From the IMG/VR virus record IMGVR_UViG_2718217859_000011, positions 1-64,000 of that record: a stretch of DNA of 64,000 bases; one strand, 5' to 3'. Both the position numbers and the translations under genes were made by a program. The notes below the pieces were generated by a model that saw only the letters and a program-made list of their open reading frames with translations, searched no databases and was not told the origin of the DNA. Position 1 is the stretch's first letter, and the number at the start of each line of letters is the position of its first letter. Origin of the DNA: a virus (Duplodnaviria; Heunggongvirae; Uroviricota; Caudoviricetes). This document shows positions 11,872-22,976 of the stretch, piece by piece.

Positions 11872-12265
11872 ATCTCACACCTCCAGGAATCCCCGCTGAA
11901 GCCATCATTAATGCGACATCATCCTCACTGACATCCACCACATCCGCAGAAGGTGAAATATCGCCCCCTCCTTCCCCACCAAACCGGATGCCTCCGGCAA
12001 GTCCTGCCGCTTTCTGCATCAGCATTTTTTCCTCATCCGGCATTTCCGTCTGCTCTTCCTCACGCCGGGGGGCAAGCAGACTGAAGTCCGAGGGATACAT
12101 ATCCGGATCGCAAAAAAACAGGCTGAGTACGGTGTACGTCAACCCGGAAAAATGCATATCCAGTTGGGTATCGTGAAAATAATGCGTGCGGTAAAAACGG
12201 TGCCAGTCGGCATATTCGGTGGATGTCATCCCGGCAAGCATGGCGCGCCAGTCAGGCCTCCCCAT
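11852..12265 (-). CDS. T: tail assembly chaperone T frame (expressed as G-T fusion by -1 frameshift)
   Basis: 137-aa ORF in the -1 frame directly downstream of G; acidic C-terminal region; lambda G/GT arrangement. Confidence 0.7.
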   Translation of the reverse strand: MGRPDWRAMLAGMTSTEYADWHRFYRTHYFHDTQLDMHFSGLTYTVLSLFFCDPDMYPSDFSLLAPRREEEQTEMPDEEKMLMQKAAGLAGGIRFGGEGGGDISPSADVVDVSEDDVALMMASAGIPGGVRYVPAGW

Positions 12266-12291
12266 CTCACGCGCCAGTCTGAGGGCAAAAT

Positions 12292-12723
12292 TCAGCTCGC
12301 CGTCGAAGACTTTCCCGCAGAAAAATCATCATCAGTAAGCGCATTATTTTTCGCCACTTCGGTGATATCCGTATCCACATGAACAGGCTCACTCATCCCG
12401 GACAGATGCAACACCACGTCTTCCGCCCGGGCAATGGCATCAGCAGGCCAGGTGGTCAGGACTTCCTGCTCAATCTGCATCACAGCCTCATTCATTGACG
12501 GTGACTCCGTTTTCTGCGGATGGTTATGCCACAGGGACATCGCCACCAGAAACGCCCCGGTTCTGACAATGTCTTCCACGCTCACCTGCAGGTTGCCGCT
12601 GGCTTCAGACTCTTCTGCCCGCCGTTTCAGGAGGGCAAGATGCTCGATACGCTGCAGCGCAGACAGTTCAGAAAGCGTGACGGACACACCGTTATATTCA
12701 AATTGTTCTGTTTTCAGAAACAT
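12292..12723 (-). CDS. G: tail assembly chaperone G
   Basis: 143 aa; ends in ...SAGKSS encoded over a GGGAAAG slippery heptamer as in lambda G. Confidence 0.85.
   Translation of the reverse strand: MFLKTEQFEYNGVSVTLSELSALQRIEHLALLKRRAEESEASGNLQVSVEDIVRTGAFLVAMSLWHNHPQKTESPSMNEAVMQIEQEVLTTWPADAIARAEDVVLHLSGMSEPVHVDTDITEVAKNNALTDDDFSAGKSSTAS
12310..12316 (-). other. programmed -1 ribosomal frameshift slippery site (G GGA AAG)
   Basis: Minus-strand heptamer GGGAAAG at the 3' end of G, the same slippery sequence as in lambda G-T. Confidence 0.7.
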
Positions 12724-12736
12724 GTATAACCTCCGT

Positions 12737-13489
12737 TTACCCTGCAGCGCCCGCTTCAGTAACGGTGACTTCAGCTACCGTGGCAAACTGACCATTACCG
12801 GAAATCACGGGGATACTCACTTTTCCAGCCTTAACCCCCGTCACAGTGATCACCATATCTTTCACAGCAATGGTTCCCGTTGACGGATCGGCGGAAACCG
12901 CTCTGAACGTCTTGTCGGTTGCACTTTCCGGCTCAAAAGAAACAGTCAGGGTGGTTGCTTTCCCTTTTTCCACGGTACCGGATGTCGGCGTCACCTTAAT
13001 TGCAGTGACCGGCGTAATTTCGCTGCGTTCTTCCGCCACGGAGGGTTTGCCCACGTTGGTAACTTTCACTGTTCGGGTGATCACTTCTTTCGCCGTCACG
13101 GCCTTACCGATACTGCTGACCCAGCCACGAAACACATCCACCGTGCCATTCGGAAAACGGATTTTATAGGCCCGGACATCGCCGCTTTCAAACCAGCCTA
13201 TAAGCCCTTTCTGGCCTTCCTCTCCCGGTTTCCAGGCCAGCGTAAAACTGGTATCACCCGCAGATTTCTGTCCCTGCCCGGTCGCGGTCCAGTCCGCGTC
13301 TTCATCATCCAGGTAGTTATCATCGTAGGATTCTGCCGTCATCTCGCCGGGTGTCAGATCCTTCACCTTAGCCAGTCGCTGCCAGTCATCGTCTGACAAC
13401 GGGTTTGCATAAGCATCACCCGTGCCGGTGTAAACCCACAGTGTGGTACCGGCACCTTTTACCGGCGCCAGGGGATTTGGTGTTGCCAT
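12737..13489 (-). CDS. V: major tail protein V
   Basis: 250 aa; position U-V-G; C-terminal Ig-like region ([16 protein letters not shown]...). Confidence 0.9.
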   Translation of the reverse strand: MATPNPLAPVKGAGTTLWVYTGTGDAYANPLSDDDWQRLAKVKDLTPGEMTAESYDDNYLDDEDADWTATGQGQKSAGDTSFTLAWKPGEEGQKGLIGWFESGDVRAYKIRFPNGTVDVFRGWVSSIGKAVTAKEVITRTVKVTNVGKPSVAEERSEITPVTAIKVTPTSGTVEKGKATTLTVSFEPESATDKTFRAVSADPSTGTIAVKDMVITVTGVKAGKVSIPVISGNGQFATVAEVTVTEAGAAG

Positions 13490-13496
13490 ATCGTCC

Positions 13497-13892
13497 TCAC
13501 ATCTCGTATGTAATGGAATAAGTCAGATCTGCAGAACTCCACAATGCCATATCGTCATCACGACGATAGTCATAGCCCTGCGTAACCATCGTGGTAATCA
13601 TGCCTGCCAGTGCAGGGATCGCCGCCATCGCCGGGTAAATCCGGCTTTCCATCCACTGATCAAGCTCTGAATCCGGTACCTGTGCCGGTAAAAACACCTC
13701 AATATGCAGTGTGGCCCGCCAGGTATCTGCATCCAGCTCTTCACCGGTATACTCTGCATCCGTCAGATAAACCGCGACCGCGGGAAAATCCTCTTCGTCA
13801 AAAACAACGGGGCGACCATCAAACAGCGTCGCCCCGTGTTCATGCTGCTCCAGTGCATCCAGCACTGCAGCACGGATATCAGTATGTTTCAT
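13497..13892 (-). CDS. U: tail terminator protein U
   Basis: 131 aa between Z and V. Confidence 0.85.
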   Translation of the reverse strand: MKHTDIRAAVLDALEQHEHGATLFDGRPVVFDEEDFPAVAVYLTDAEYTGEELDADTWRATLHIEVFLPAQVPDSELDQWMESRIYPAMAAIPALAGMITTMVTQGYDYRRDDDMALWSSADLTYSITYEM

Positions 13893-14422
13893 CGTTTTAT
13901 CGCAATCCTCAGTTGTTGTTTCAGCGCATATGCCAGTTCTCCGGGCAGGCGTTCACGCCGGATACGGTCAACGTTTTCATCAAACGCCTGTTTCAGTGGG
14001 GCCGCCATCGGGATTTTCACCACATCAATGGGGTAACGGTTTTTCCCGGCCACACGCTGCATTACATGCCAGCGACCATTTTTTAATCGCTGAATAAATG
14101 CCCGCTGATAACGATGCTGACCGGCTTTGAGTATGCTGTTCGGACGACGGCCCAGCATCCTGATCCCCAGCTTAATCACCGGGAGATCACCGCGTTTAAC
14201 GATAATTTTGGCATTCGGATTTCTGACCGTGGCCCGTTTCAGTCTGGACCGTTCCTTTACCAGTTTCCGGCTCACCCTGGTCTCCCGGGCAACCTGTGAC
14301 GAAGACTGATTAATCGCCGTTGTGGCCACGCGGTTAATGGCCATTGCTGAAGCCGCCGGAATGGCGTTTTTACGAACCCGGCTCAGATTTTCAATCGCCT
14401 GATCAAGCCCTTTTATCGCCAT
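13889..14422 (-). CDS. Z: tail completion protein Z
   Basis: 177 aa; overlaps U start; synteny FII-Z-U. Confidence 0.8.
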   Translation of the reverse strand: MAIKGLDQAIENLSRVRKNAIPAASAMAINRVATTAINQSSSQVARETRVSRKLVKERSRLKRATVRNPNAKIIVKRGDLPVIKLGIRMLGRRPNSILKAGQHRYQRAFIQRLKNGRWHVMQRVAGKNRYPIDVVKIPMAAPLKQAFDENVDRIRRERLPGELAYALKQQLRIAIKR

Positions 14423-14436
14423 AATTCACCCTGCGT

Positions 14437-14790
14437 TTATCGTCGCCGGTTAACTGCCGGTGGTTGCCCACGGTTGAGCCAGAGATAACAACTGCCCCCG
14501 TCATCCGGAGAAACACGATCCACCCAGAATGTCTCACCATTAATGGTCAGCGTGTCACCACGCCGCACAGCACGAACCGTATCCGTCCGTACAAATAATG
14601 ACGGGCAGCTTCCTTCAATACGGACCCCGCTACCGGCAAACCCCAGCGACTCCGGATCGTCAAAAACCCCCTGAACTTCGCTGCCACACTGTGCCCCCGA
14701 GGTGAACTGCGCACAGAGCCCCATCACTTCAATAATCGTGCTGTCCACCCCGGCAAGGGCAGCATCAAAGGCATTCTGAAAATCACGCAT
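14437..14790 (-). CDS. FII: head-tail connector protein FII
   Basis: 117 aa at the lambda FII position. Confidence 0.8.
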   Translation of the reverse strand: MRDFQNAFDAALAGVDSTIIEVMGLCAQFTSGAQCGSEVQGVFDDPESLGFAGSGVRIEGSCPSLFVRTDTVRAVRRGDTLTINGETFWVDRVSPDDGGSCYLWLNRGQPPAVNRRR

Positions 14791-15166
14791 GCTCAGCCGT
14801 TCCGTGCTGTATCATGGCTGTCGCCAGTGGTGATGGCACCAGAACACGCATGCCCCGGTACGTCAGTTCAACGGGACGGCCTGTCTCCGGGCAATACCCC
14901 ATCACATGCAGGCATTTCCGCACACGAACCGCTTTAACATCATCCGTAGCATCAGTGTTGTGCAACTGCTCACCATCGTCTGTGTGATTTTGCTCAGGCC
15001 CGCTCTCATCACCAGGCATAATGCCCTCCCGGGAAGCAGCAAGCTCCTCTTCCCACTCAGACACACGTTGCGCAATATCCGCAGCACTCCCCGATATATC
15101 CGCCTCGCGCCCCAGCAGGCCAGCCAGTTGACGAAGACGATTCAGATTTTCTTCTTTTGTTGCCAT
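14783..15166 (-). CDS. FI: DNA packaging protein FI
   Basis: ORF between E and FII; start assumed at MATKEENL (tracked ORF begins earlier); assignment by position only. Confidence 0.55.
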   Translation of the reverse strand: MATKEENLNRLRQLAGLLGREADISGSAADIAQRVSEWEEELAASREGIMPGDESGPEQNHTDDGEQLHNTDATDDVKAVRVRKCLHVMGYCPETGRPVELTYRGMRVLVPSPLATAMIQHGTAEHA

Positions 15167-15217
15167 ATCAGCCCCCTGTGAAAAAAGACACGGGGGCATT
15201 TCGCCCCCGCTCACGGA

Positions 15218-16246
15218 TTATTTCACCTGCACCACCACAAACTCATCCGGATCCGGCAGCACCATCAGCGGTGCGGACTGCGTCATGGTAAATTCACGGG
15301 CCGGATCGCCCACGGTCAGCCAGTGTTTCGGATAACGGGAAGAGGCCACCACACCTTCGGACAACGCCTGTGCATCCTGAATGGCACCATAGCAACGAAT
15401 GCCCTCTGCTGCCGTATTCCCCAGGACCAGTGTACCCTCCGGCAGATAACGTTTTTCGGTACCGTCTTCTGCCACATAAGACGTTTTTGCCACCACAATG
15501 GCCAGATCACCGTAATACCCTTTGAAAGACACCACAGCCCCCAGGTCTTTCACTGCCGTTTCGAGTTGTGAATTTGAGCCGCGACGGGTATCCAGTTTTT
15601 CGCGGAAAAGCTTAAAGCCATTCAGCAGACGCCAGACAGTACCGTCCATAATGGCAATATTCACAAGACCGCTGGCCTGATCGCAGTAAAGGTCAATATC
15701 ATGCGTCGGATCAAACGTATCACGGTCCTGCTCAGACCATTTTTTACCGTCGGCCTGCTCAATGTTATTTCCTTCAGAGCGTCCAAAATCAACCTCAATT
15801 TTCTCGAACTGGTCTCCTTCCATGGTGTATTTGCCATACAGCACGGCATTCACCGCCTGCATTTCTTCCACCTGGACAATGGCGTGCTCTTCCTGTTTGA
15901 GGTTATCTGTGATGATACGCAGACGACGGTAGGCCGGGTCGTTCAGCTGAGCCGGATCTTCACCGGGAAGACGCTCAACCGCCTGCTGGTAATTAAATTC
16001 GTGTTTCGGCTTGACGTAGCCCGGACGTAACACGCGGGTTTCACCACCACGATGACGCAGCACTTTTCCTTCAACAACCGGGGAAACATAGGCCGCCACC
16101 GGCGTTTTTCCGGTAATTTTGTCCAGCATCACCTCTTCGGTATGGAAATTCACCGTACGGCGGAAAAACAGCTCCAGAAACAGCGCACGATATTTCACTT
16201 TTTGTTCGGTATAACCGAGCAACTGGCGGGTCGTAAACAATCCCAT
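15218..16246 (-). CDS. E: major capsid protein E
   Basis: 342 aa; N-terminus MGLFTTRQLLGYTEQKV recalled as lambda E-like; follows D. Confidence 0.95.
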   Translation of the reverse strand: MGLFTTRQLLGYTEQKVKYRALFLELFFRRTVNFHTEEVMLDKITGKTPVAAYVSPVVEGKVLRHRGGETRVLRPGYVKPKHEFNYQQAVERLPGEDPAQLNDPAYRRLRIITDNLKQEEHAIVQVEEMQAVNAVLYGKYTMEGDQFEKIEVDFGRSEGNNIEQADGKKWSEQDRDTFDPTHDIDLYCDQASGLVNIAIMDGTVWRLLNGFKLFREKLDTRRGSNSQLETAVKDLGAVVSFKGYYGDLAIVVAKTSYVAEDGTEKRYLPEGTLVLGNTAAEGIRCYGAIQDAQALSEGVVASSRYPKHWLTVGDPAREFTMTQSAPLMVLPDPDEFVVVQVK

Positions 16247-16303
16247 AAATCAGTTCCTTTCATTCAGAAATCAGTCAGGCCACCGCGGTGGCCTGATAAC
16301 GTG

Positions 16304-16651
16304 TTACGGCAGCGCCGCGTGACTCAGGGCACTGCCGGCAAAGGCATTTTCCTTTTTGTGTTCATCCACACTTTCAGGCCAGCGGATTGCCTCCGTCGCA
16401 AAGGTCCCCGACTTGTAATAGGTCAGTACCGTCTCTGTGCCTTCAAGCGGCAGTACCAGTATGCCAACCGCACTACCGGCTTTCTGTCCGTCCCAGACCA
16501 CCAGTTTCCCGCTGGCTTCATCCAGCATCAGGGGCGTCAGTGCCGGTGTTGCCGAGGAAATCCCGCTGCTGCCTGTGGCGGTGTGAGCCGGATCATTACC
16601 TGCAAAAATACGTACTTCCGCACGCTGTTCAGTGATGGTTTTCGTTACCAT
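16304..16651 (-). CDS. D: head decoration protein D
   Basis: 115 aa; lambda gpD-like size and position. Confidence 0.9.
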   Translation of the reverse strand: MVTKTITEQRAEVRIFAGNDPAHTATGSSGISSATPALTPLMLDEASGKLVVWDGQKAGSAVGILVLPLEGTETVLTYYKSGTFATEAIRWPESVDEHKKENAFAGSALSHAALP

Positions 16652-16687
16652 ATTGTAAAAACCTCCTGTTGATGGTCAGCACTGACT

Positions 16688-18193
16688 TCATGGCATGGCC
16701 ATGAGCATTTTCACGTCCGCATCACCGTCTGCTGACGTCTGTGGCACGCCACCCTGTACCGCTGCCGGTGAATGGTTCGCCATGAAATGTTCAAACATGG
16801 CGGTTGTGGATGCAGAGACCGGCTCTGCCTTACCTGATCCCGCAGCCAGCACAGCCCGGGCGCTCTCCACGGTCATTCCCGGGCAGGCAGCCAGCTGTTC
16901 AGCCTGCGCCTCAGCCCCTTTTGCCTCATCCAGTGCCATGATCTGATCACGGAGTGAGGGTCCGGCATCCGCCTGCGGTGAAGCAGCCAGGACAGGGCGG
17001 GCTTTTTCCACCGTCATCTCCGGCATCGCCGCCAGCGTTGCCGCCAGTTGTTCACGACCTTTCGCCTCTTCACACGCCATAATGCGATCGGCTTCACTCT
17101 GCGTGGATGCCACCGGCTGCTGCGGTGCCGCCGCGGCCAGAATCGCCCGGGCCTGTTCAACGCTCATGCCCTGTTGTCCTGCCAGCATCGTGGCAAGCTG
17201 TTCACGTCCTTTCGCTTCCTGGCATGTCAGGATCCCCATTACTCGCTGGTTCTCCTGCACGGCGGCTTCCGTTGCAGTTAATTGCGGCATAGTGCCTCCT
17301 GTATCATGTGTGTTCAGCGCCGTTGCCATCACACTGATGGCATCCGACGCATTGATTAATTCATCCGCCAGCCCGGCCTCAATGCCGGACTGACCTTCAA
17401 AAACGGCGGCCTCTGTTCCCGTGACCGCATCCACAGACAACCCGGTATACATCGCCACTTTTTCGGCAAACATCCGGTGCGCCGCATCAATGCGCTTCTG
17501 CATGTCCTGGCGAACCTCTGCCGGTAAGGCTTCAAACTGATTGCCATCCACCTTATGCGCCCCTGAGTAAATCAGCGTGATATCCACACCGGCCTGTGCC
17601 AGATGCCCGGCATAGCTGACATGGCTCATCATCACGCCAATGGAGCCGATACGGGATGTCTGGGTAACCAGCCGTCGGGAGCAGGCCGACGCCAGCAGCA
17701 TGGCTGCAGAACAGGCCGTGTCATTGCACAGTGCCCAGACCGGCTTCTGCTGGCGGAGGCGATAAATCATGTCAGCGCAGTCAAACGCGCCGGCGGCCTG
17801 CCCGCCCGGACTGTCAATGTCCAGCAGTACGCCCCGCACCTGGCTATCCGCCATTGCCTGCTGAAGACAGGCGACAATGCCATCATAGCCTGTCATTCCG
17901 GAAAATGGCCGCATACCACCCAGCCTGTGCACCAGCGTGCCGGTCACCGGCAGTACAGCAATACCGTTCACCACCCGGTAAACACGGGCCGGTCGTTTAC
18001 CTCCGGCCATGTACTCGTCCGTTTCAGCCAGCATTCCGGGAGCATCAAGCTGTACCTGCTGTTGTGGTACCGAAAGACTTGCTGCCCCCATCTCGCGCCC
18101 GAGCGCGCAAAAGAAAACCCGCGCATAGGCGGGCTCCAGAAGCAGCGGTTCATTGAATGCTGCGGCAATAATGTGTGAAAGATTACGTCTCAC
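16688..18193 (-). CDS. C: capsid assembly protease C (ClpP/S49-like) with nested scaffold Nu3
   Basis: 501 aa; N-terminal region FNEPLLLEPAYARVFFCAL recalled as lambda C-like; repeated QEAKGREQLA scaffold repeats in the C-terminal part. Confidence 0.9.
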   Translation of the reverse strand: MRRNLSHIIAAAFNEPLLLEPAYARVFFCALGREMGAASLSVPQQQVQLDAPGMLAETDEYMAGGKRPARVYRVVNGIAVLPVTGTLVHRLGGMRPFSGMTGYDGIVACLQQAMADSQVRGVLLDIDSPGGQAAGAFDCADMIYRLRQQKPVWALCNDTACSAAMLLASACSRRLVTQTSRIGSIGVMMSHVSYAGHLAQAGVDITLIYSGAHKVDGNQFEALPAEVRQDMQKRIDAAHRMFAEKVAMYTGLSVDAVTGTEAAVFEGQSGIEAGLADELINASDAISVMATALNTHDTGGTMPQLTATEAAVQENQRVMGILTCQEAKGREQLATMLAGQQGMSVEQARAILAAAAPQQPVASTQSEADRIMACEEAKGREQLAATLAAMPEMTVEKARPVLAASPQADAGPSLRDQIMALDEAKGAEAQAEQLAACPGMTVESARAVLAAGSGKAEPVSASTTAMFEHFMANHSPAAVQGGVPQTSADGDADVKMLMAMP

Positions 18194-19774
18194 GTGGTGT
18201 TGTCTCCTCTTCCGGCCTGCGACTCTCCGCTATCTGCTGCTGATACGCCTGCGCTATCCACACCGGACGTGAGAGTCCGGCTTTTTGCCGCTCTGCAGAT
18301 TCCCTGACCTGCTGGCGGAAAATGTCCTGATAATCCTCGCCCATCAGCGCCAGCTCTTTCTCATACGTGCTCAGTCCGGCCTCAATGCGCATCACCGATT
18401 CCTGGACTTCCTTGAGCCCGTCAATGGCCATTCTTCCGGCACCAATCCACTCTGCCCGTGACCAGGCTGATCGCGCCTGATAAAAATCAAAACGTGCCCG
18501 TGGCGGACGAATAATCCCCGAAGAAGTGCCTCTTCCAGCCAGCAGGAAAACATCTGCGTGGCCAGCCGGGCCGCAATAAATTTTCGCCGCCCCATAAAAT
18601 AGCGCCACGACTCATTGGCGGAGGCGCGGGCACTTGAGTAACTGACCTTCGAGTAATCACGGGACAACTGTTCGTAGGAAACGCCAAGACCGGCGGCGAT
18701 ATACCGCAGAAGCGCCTGTTCAAGCGCAGAAAATCCATTGTCTGAATCCTGCGCAGTCTGTAGTTTCAGATCATCACCAGGGAAAAGGTGCGGAATTTTG
18801 ACACCGCCCAGTGTCACGTGATTCGTGTCATACCAGCTGGAGAACTTCTCCAGAATATTAATAAGCGGATTATCCTTCTGCTCCTGTGGCGCGCCGGCGA
18901 TATATTCAAAGGCCTTTTCGGTATCAAGTTCACTTTCAATCGTCGCTGCATACATCGCCTTCACTATGGCCGACTGAAGCTGTGTTGCCTGCAGGGAATC
19001 GAGCATCTTCAGCCGTTCCATGACGCTGTAAAACTGATTAGCCCCACGGGTCTGCCCGTCCTCCACCGGCTCGAAAATATGCAGCATGGCCGGACGCCCG
19101 GTGGGAAGTTCACGCGGGATCCGTTCCCATCGTCCACTACCAGAGAACGGAAAATCATCCTCACAGATATGGTACGCGACGGCACGGCCATATCGATCGA
19201 CCTCCACACCAGCCCGCAGAAAACGGTTCCCCATACCGTGTCCAGGCGTGTCCACCCGTTTCGGACTCACGGCTTTAAAACGCGTACGGAATAACTGCGT
19301 GGTTTCCGTATCCCAGACCGGCTGCACAAAGATTTCGCCGTTAAACGCATGAACGCCCACACCTTCACGGATAAATTCCGTGAACGTGCGTTTTCCTTCC
19401 ACGTCGATCTCGCCAGACATCCCTTCGGCGTATTCCGACCAGGCCGCCTCCACCTCATCGACAAAGCTTTTTGCTGCGGTCTCCCGCATCCCCAGCCAGC
19501 GCCAGTTCGGACGGTAGCTGATCAGAAACATATGCCCGACAATGTGATCCTTATGCAGAGCCACCGCATTAGCCGCTATTCCGTTATTGCGCACCAGATC
19601 ATCTGCCCGGGCATTCCCCAGACGCAACGCGGGCAGCAGGGCCGCATCGGCACTCTGCGCCGGTGGCAACCACTCAGCCATTTGCCCGCCAAATCCTGCG
19701 CCGCCCCCGTTGTAGCTGAGACTCTCACGAAGCGGAACGCCGTTCACATCAATCAGGACAGGCGTTCGTTTCAT
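18183..19774 (-). pseudogene. B: portal protein B, split by a frameshift near 18510-18530
   Basis: Two overlapping same-strand ORFs (18392..19774 and 18183..18608) that together read as a lambda-B-like portal; frame change in a CGGGG run. Confidence 0.6.
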
Positions 19775-19977
19775 AACCTCACTCCCAGCGGACGACGGCG
19801 ACGTCGGGTTGTCCCCAGTACCGACTCCGCATCATTGATCGCCCGGTTAAGCTCATCCAGAGAAGCTGCCGTATATTCAATTCTGCGACCATCTTTCTGG
19901 ACAGACACCACCCGTTTACCGGTTAATAAATCAAGGCGCGCCTGACGCAGCGCCTGCAGTTCAGCGACTGTAACCAT
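19771..19977 (-). CDS. W: head-tail joining protein W
   Basis: 68 aa; GKRVVSVQKDGRRIEY motif recalled as lambda W-like; between A and B. Confidence 0.85.
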   Translation of the reverse strand: MVTVAELQALRQARLDLLTGKRVVSVQKDGRRIEYTAASLDELNRAINDAESVLGTTRRRRRPLGVRL

Positions 19978-21889
19978 TCACTCCTCCGGACAGCTTCGCT
20001 GCCAGTTCTTTAAGGGTTGGCCGGGTCGTCTCTTCTTCCCGGGATTTTGCCAGTACAGCCAGATCAAGCTGCCAGCGTTGCACGGACACACGTAATGCCG
20101 CGTAGGCATACACCAGACAGTCCAGCGCTTCGTTACGCCGCTTTTTGTTATCCCACAGCAGACGCATCTTTCCTTTTTCCCACTTCTCCACAAGCTCTTC
20201 CGCGACCAGTTGCTGCGCTTCTGTCTGCGAAAAAATCTCCGGATCATCAGGAAAACGGATGGCATACGACGTGGCTTCATCCGCAGGCGTGGGTTCAGCG
20301 TTCATACGGGCATAGAGAATTTCTTTTGCGGTGTCCGTCCCCACTTCACACAGATACACGCCCCGCTGATTGCGGGTTTTTGGCATGGTGATCACCGGCT
20401 TGCCATAGACAGATGCGCCTTTTACCGGCAGCACCCGGAAAACACCGTGTTTTTTTGACCTCTGATAAACGATTTCGCCATCGATCCCCCCGGTGTCCCA
20501 GCAGACACGGGAAATGGTCATTTCGGTTCCGTCTGCATGGCGGTATTTTTTGTTGATCGCCGCATCCACACGTAACAGCGTCTCTTCCTCATCGGGACGC
20601 CCCATAATGATGATTTTATCCACCAGAAAGGCTTCCTCTCCCGGAGCCCATCCCCAGACATACATCTCAAAACGGTTTCGCTGCGAGTCAATGCCCGCCG
20701 TCAGATAAACCACCCGGGCAGGCACCGCCGCCGTGTAACGCACAACCTTATCCATCAGTACCTGGTGATCGAGTTTTTCGCCCACGGCCTCTTCCCAGGT
20801 CTCGCCCAGCGTGGTGTTCACAAAGGTTTTCAGGCCGTTGGGATCTTTCAGTGCATCCAGCCAGTCATAGACTATCTGTACCCAGGTGGTGAACGGACTG
20901 TACGCCGTCCAGATATGGAAAGTGATGGAGCGCGGCGGCGGAATTTCATCACCCCGGGCGCAGAAAAACATCAGGCCGTCACGGGTCCACATGCCCGTGT
21001 TTTCACAGATCCACCGCCCGTTGCTCTGGTCAAGCTCAGACTGATGGATCACGCAGCCATAATGTTCACAGAGGTAGAAAACGCTTTCGGGGCTGTCCTT
21101 CTCCCATTTAAGGCCAAAAGGCGTGGATTCATCGCCAAATTTCAGATACTGCGCCTCCCCACAGTGCGGGCAGGGCACATAAAAACGCATGAAATGTGCC
21201 GACTCGTTAGCGGCTTTTTCGATCTGACAGGTGCCTTTGATTTTAGGCGTCGAGCCGCGAATGGATTTTGGCCATACAGAGCCCTCAATACGCTTATCCC
21301 CCAGCAGGGTTGGCGAGCCCTCTTTTTCGACATCCGGCTCGAACGAGGAAAGTTCGTCATAGCAGACCACGTCCACGGATTTTTCACGGTAGTTTTTGGC
21401 GGCAGCGCCGCCCAGGCACCAGAAGCCCACACCCGATGAAAAGCGTTTCAGCGTGAGAGTATTGTCACGATGTTTACGACCCAGCCATGGGGAAAGGTCT
21501 TTCAGGCATGGCACGTCCCGAATCGTCGCCTCCACGTGAGACTTCATAAAATCTTCAGCGGCAGAATCCGTAGGCTGAAAAAGCAGACTGTTTCGGGATT
21601 TATGCTCAATAAAATACCCGACCACCCCCAGCAACATCTTTGTATAGCCAACACGGGCAGATTTAATCAGATTAACAGTGCGGATCTGATCATTCCCCAT
21701 GCTGTTCATGATGGCGATCTGGAATGGCAGCGTTTTCCATTCTCCCTCACCATATGAAGATTCTTTAGGCAGATAATAATTTTGATCAGCCCATTCAACT
21801 GGCGTCACCGGCAATGCCCTTATCAGGGGCTGTAATGCTGTTGTGACAGCGCTCATCATATTATTCAGTTGTTGCTCTGATATATTCAT
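19961..21889 (-). CDS. A: terminase large subunit A
   Basis: Long stretches recalled as near-identical to lambda gpA (EWADQNYYLPKES, KNYREKSVDV, WDTGGID); start taken at MNISEQQ. Confidence 0.95.
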   Translation of the reverse strand: MNISEQQLNNMMSAVTTALQPLIRALPVTPVEWADQNYYLPKESSYGEGEWKTLPFQIAIMNSMGNDQIRTVNLIKSARVGYTKMLLGVVGYFIEHKSRNSLLFQPTDSAAEDFMKSHVEATIRDVPCLKDLSPWLGRKHRDNTLTLKRFSSGVGFWCLGGAAAKNYREKSVDVVCYDELSSFEPDVEKEGSPTLLGDKRIEGSVWPKSIRGSTPKIKGTCQIEKAANESAHFMRFYVPCPHCGEAQYLKFGDESTPFGLKWEKDSPESVFYLCEHYGCVIHQSELDQSNGRWICENTGMWTRDGLMFFCARGDEIPPPRSITFHIWTAYSPFTTWVQIVYDWLDALKDPNGLKTFVNTTLGETWEEAVGEKLDHQVLMDKVVRYTAAVPARVVYLTAGIDSQRNRFEMYVWGWAPGEEAFLVDKIIIMGRPDEEETLLRVDAAINKKYRHADGTEMTISRVCWDTGGIDGEIVYQRSKKHGVFRVLPVKGASVYGKPVITMPKTRNQRGVYLCEVGTDTAKEILYARMNAEPTPADEATSYAIRFPDDPEIFSQTEAQQLVAEELVEKWEKGKMRLLWDNKKRRNEALDCLVYAYAALRVSVQRWQLDLAVLAKSREEETTRPTLKELAAKLSGGVNGYSR

Positions 21890-22370
21890 CGAGTAAATCC
21901 GGTAATTTATCCCCCGCCCGCGCACACTGATTTGCCCCCTTCGCAATAAGGGTTTTCAGATGGTCAAGATGGCGCGGTGTTAAATCAGGAAACTGTCGCT
22001 GCATGGATAAAGGGATGGAATCAAGCGTACTGGATAACGCCATTGCCAGCTTACTGAGGGCAAAAATACAGAACCCGGTGTCAATAAGTTTTCCTTTTGA
22101 CACCTCATTTTTTAACTGCTGTGTAACAGCCTGTTCTGCTGTCAGTTCCCATCTGGCAATAAGCAATTTCTCCTCATAGTCGTCTTCGCTATCGCCATCA
22201 GGCACATCGTTTTTACTTCTCCTCAGATACGATATGTAAAAATCGCGCCAGGCATCCAGATCCAGTTGCCCTCTCTTATTCGATATCGGGGCACCCGGCA
22301 ATTTCTGCAATCTGCGAAGCTGGCGATCGGTCAGACTTAAATGCCTGGCAACTTCAGTCTGCGTAGCCAC
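21861..22370 (-). CDS. nu1: terminase small subunit Nu1
   Basis: 169 aa; C-terminal half resembles lambda Nu1; overlaps A start; cos lies directly upstream. Confidence 0.8.
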   Translation of the reverse strand: MATQTEVARHLSLTDRQLRRLQKLPGAPISNKRGQLDLDAWRDFYISYLRRSKNDVPDGDSEDDYEEKLLIARWELTAEQAVTQQLKNEVSKGKLIDTGFCIFALSKLAMALSSTLDSIPLSMQRQFPDLTPRHLDHLKTLIAKGANQCARAGDKLPDLLDEYIRATTE

Positions 22371-22552
22371 TCCTCACCTCGCAAAAACTCTCACCTCACA
22401 ATCACAACAAAACCGGTCATGTCCGGCTTACATGTCTATTTTTGTTCATGTCCGGTTCACAGAAAACCTGTTTTTATATTTTTCATATAGTTAACTTGAA
22501 GAGAAACCGGACATGGATCCCGGAAAATTTTCATAAATAGCGAAAACCCGCG

Positions 22553-22564
22553 AGGTCGCCGCCC
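22553..22564. other. cos site (cosN 12-nt cohesive-end sequence; cosB extends toward Nu1)
   Basis: Minus strand reads GGGCGGCGACCTCGCGGGTTTTCGCTATTTATGAAAATTTTCCGG, matching the recalled lambda left end for ~46 nt. Confidence 0.85.
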
Positions 22565-22763
22565 CGTAACAGGCCGGATCGCCAGAAAGGACCCGAAAAT
22601 GATAATAATTATCAATTAAATAAAAGTTATCTCAACCGACAAGTTCACCATGAAAGAGGACAAATAATGAGTTCGGTCTCAATGCATTAATTGATCTGCA
22701 TCAAATTTAAGTAAAAACATCTTTGGACAATACAGAACACTGCAGTGAATATGGAAAAAGACA

Positions 22764-22976
22764 ATGTCATCGAAGAACAAAACCAGCAAAACAACAACCC
22801 GTAACATCCGTTTTCCCAATCACATGATTGAGCAGATCAATATCGCCCTTGAGCATAAAGGCTCCGGCAACTTTTCGGCATGGGTTATTGAAGCCTGTCG
22901 CCGGAGGCTGGCAGCAGACATAAAATGTGCCCGTCAGTTAACTGTAACAAAGAATGATACACCGTCTGCTCTGTGA
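22764..22976 (+). CDS. ribbon-helix-helix-like small protein (YlcI/DUF3950-like)
   Basis: 70 aa on the strand opposite to the late genes; RNIRFP beta-strand then helix; location matches ylcI next to nohD in DLP12. Confidence 0.45.
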   Translation: MSSKNKTSKTTTRNIRFPNHMIEQINIALEHKGSGNFSAWVIEACRRRLAADIKCARQLTVTKNDTPSAL

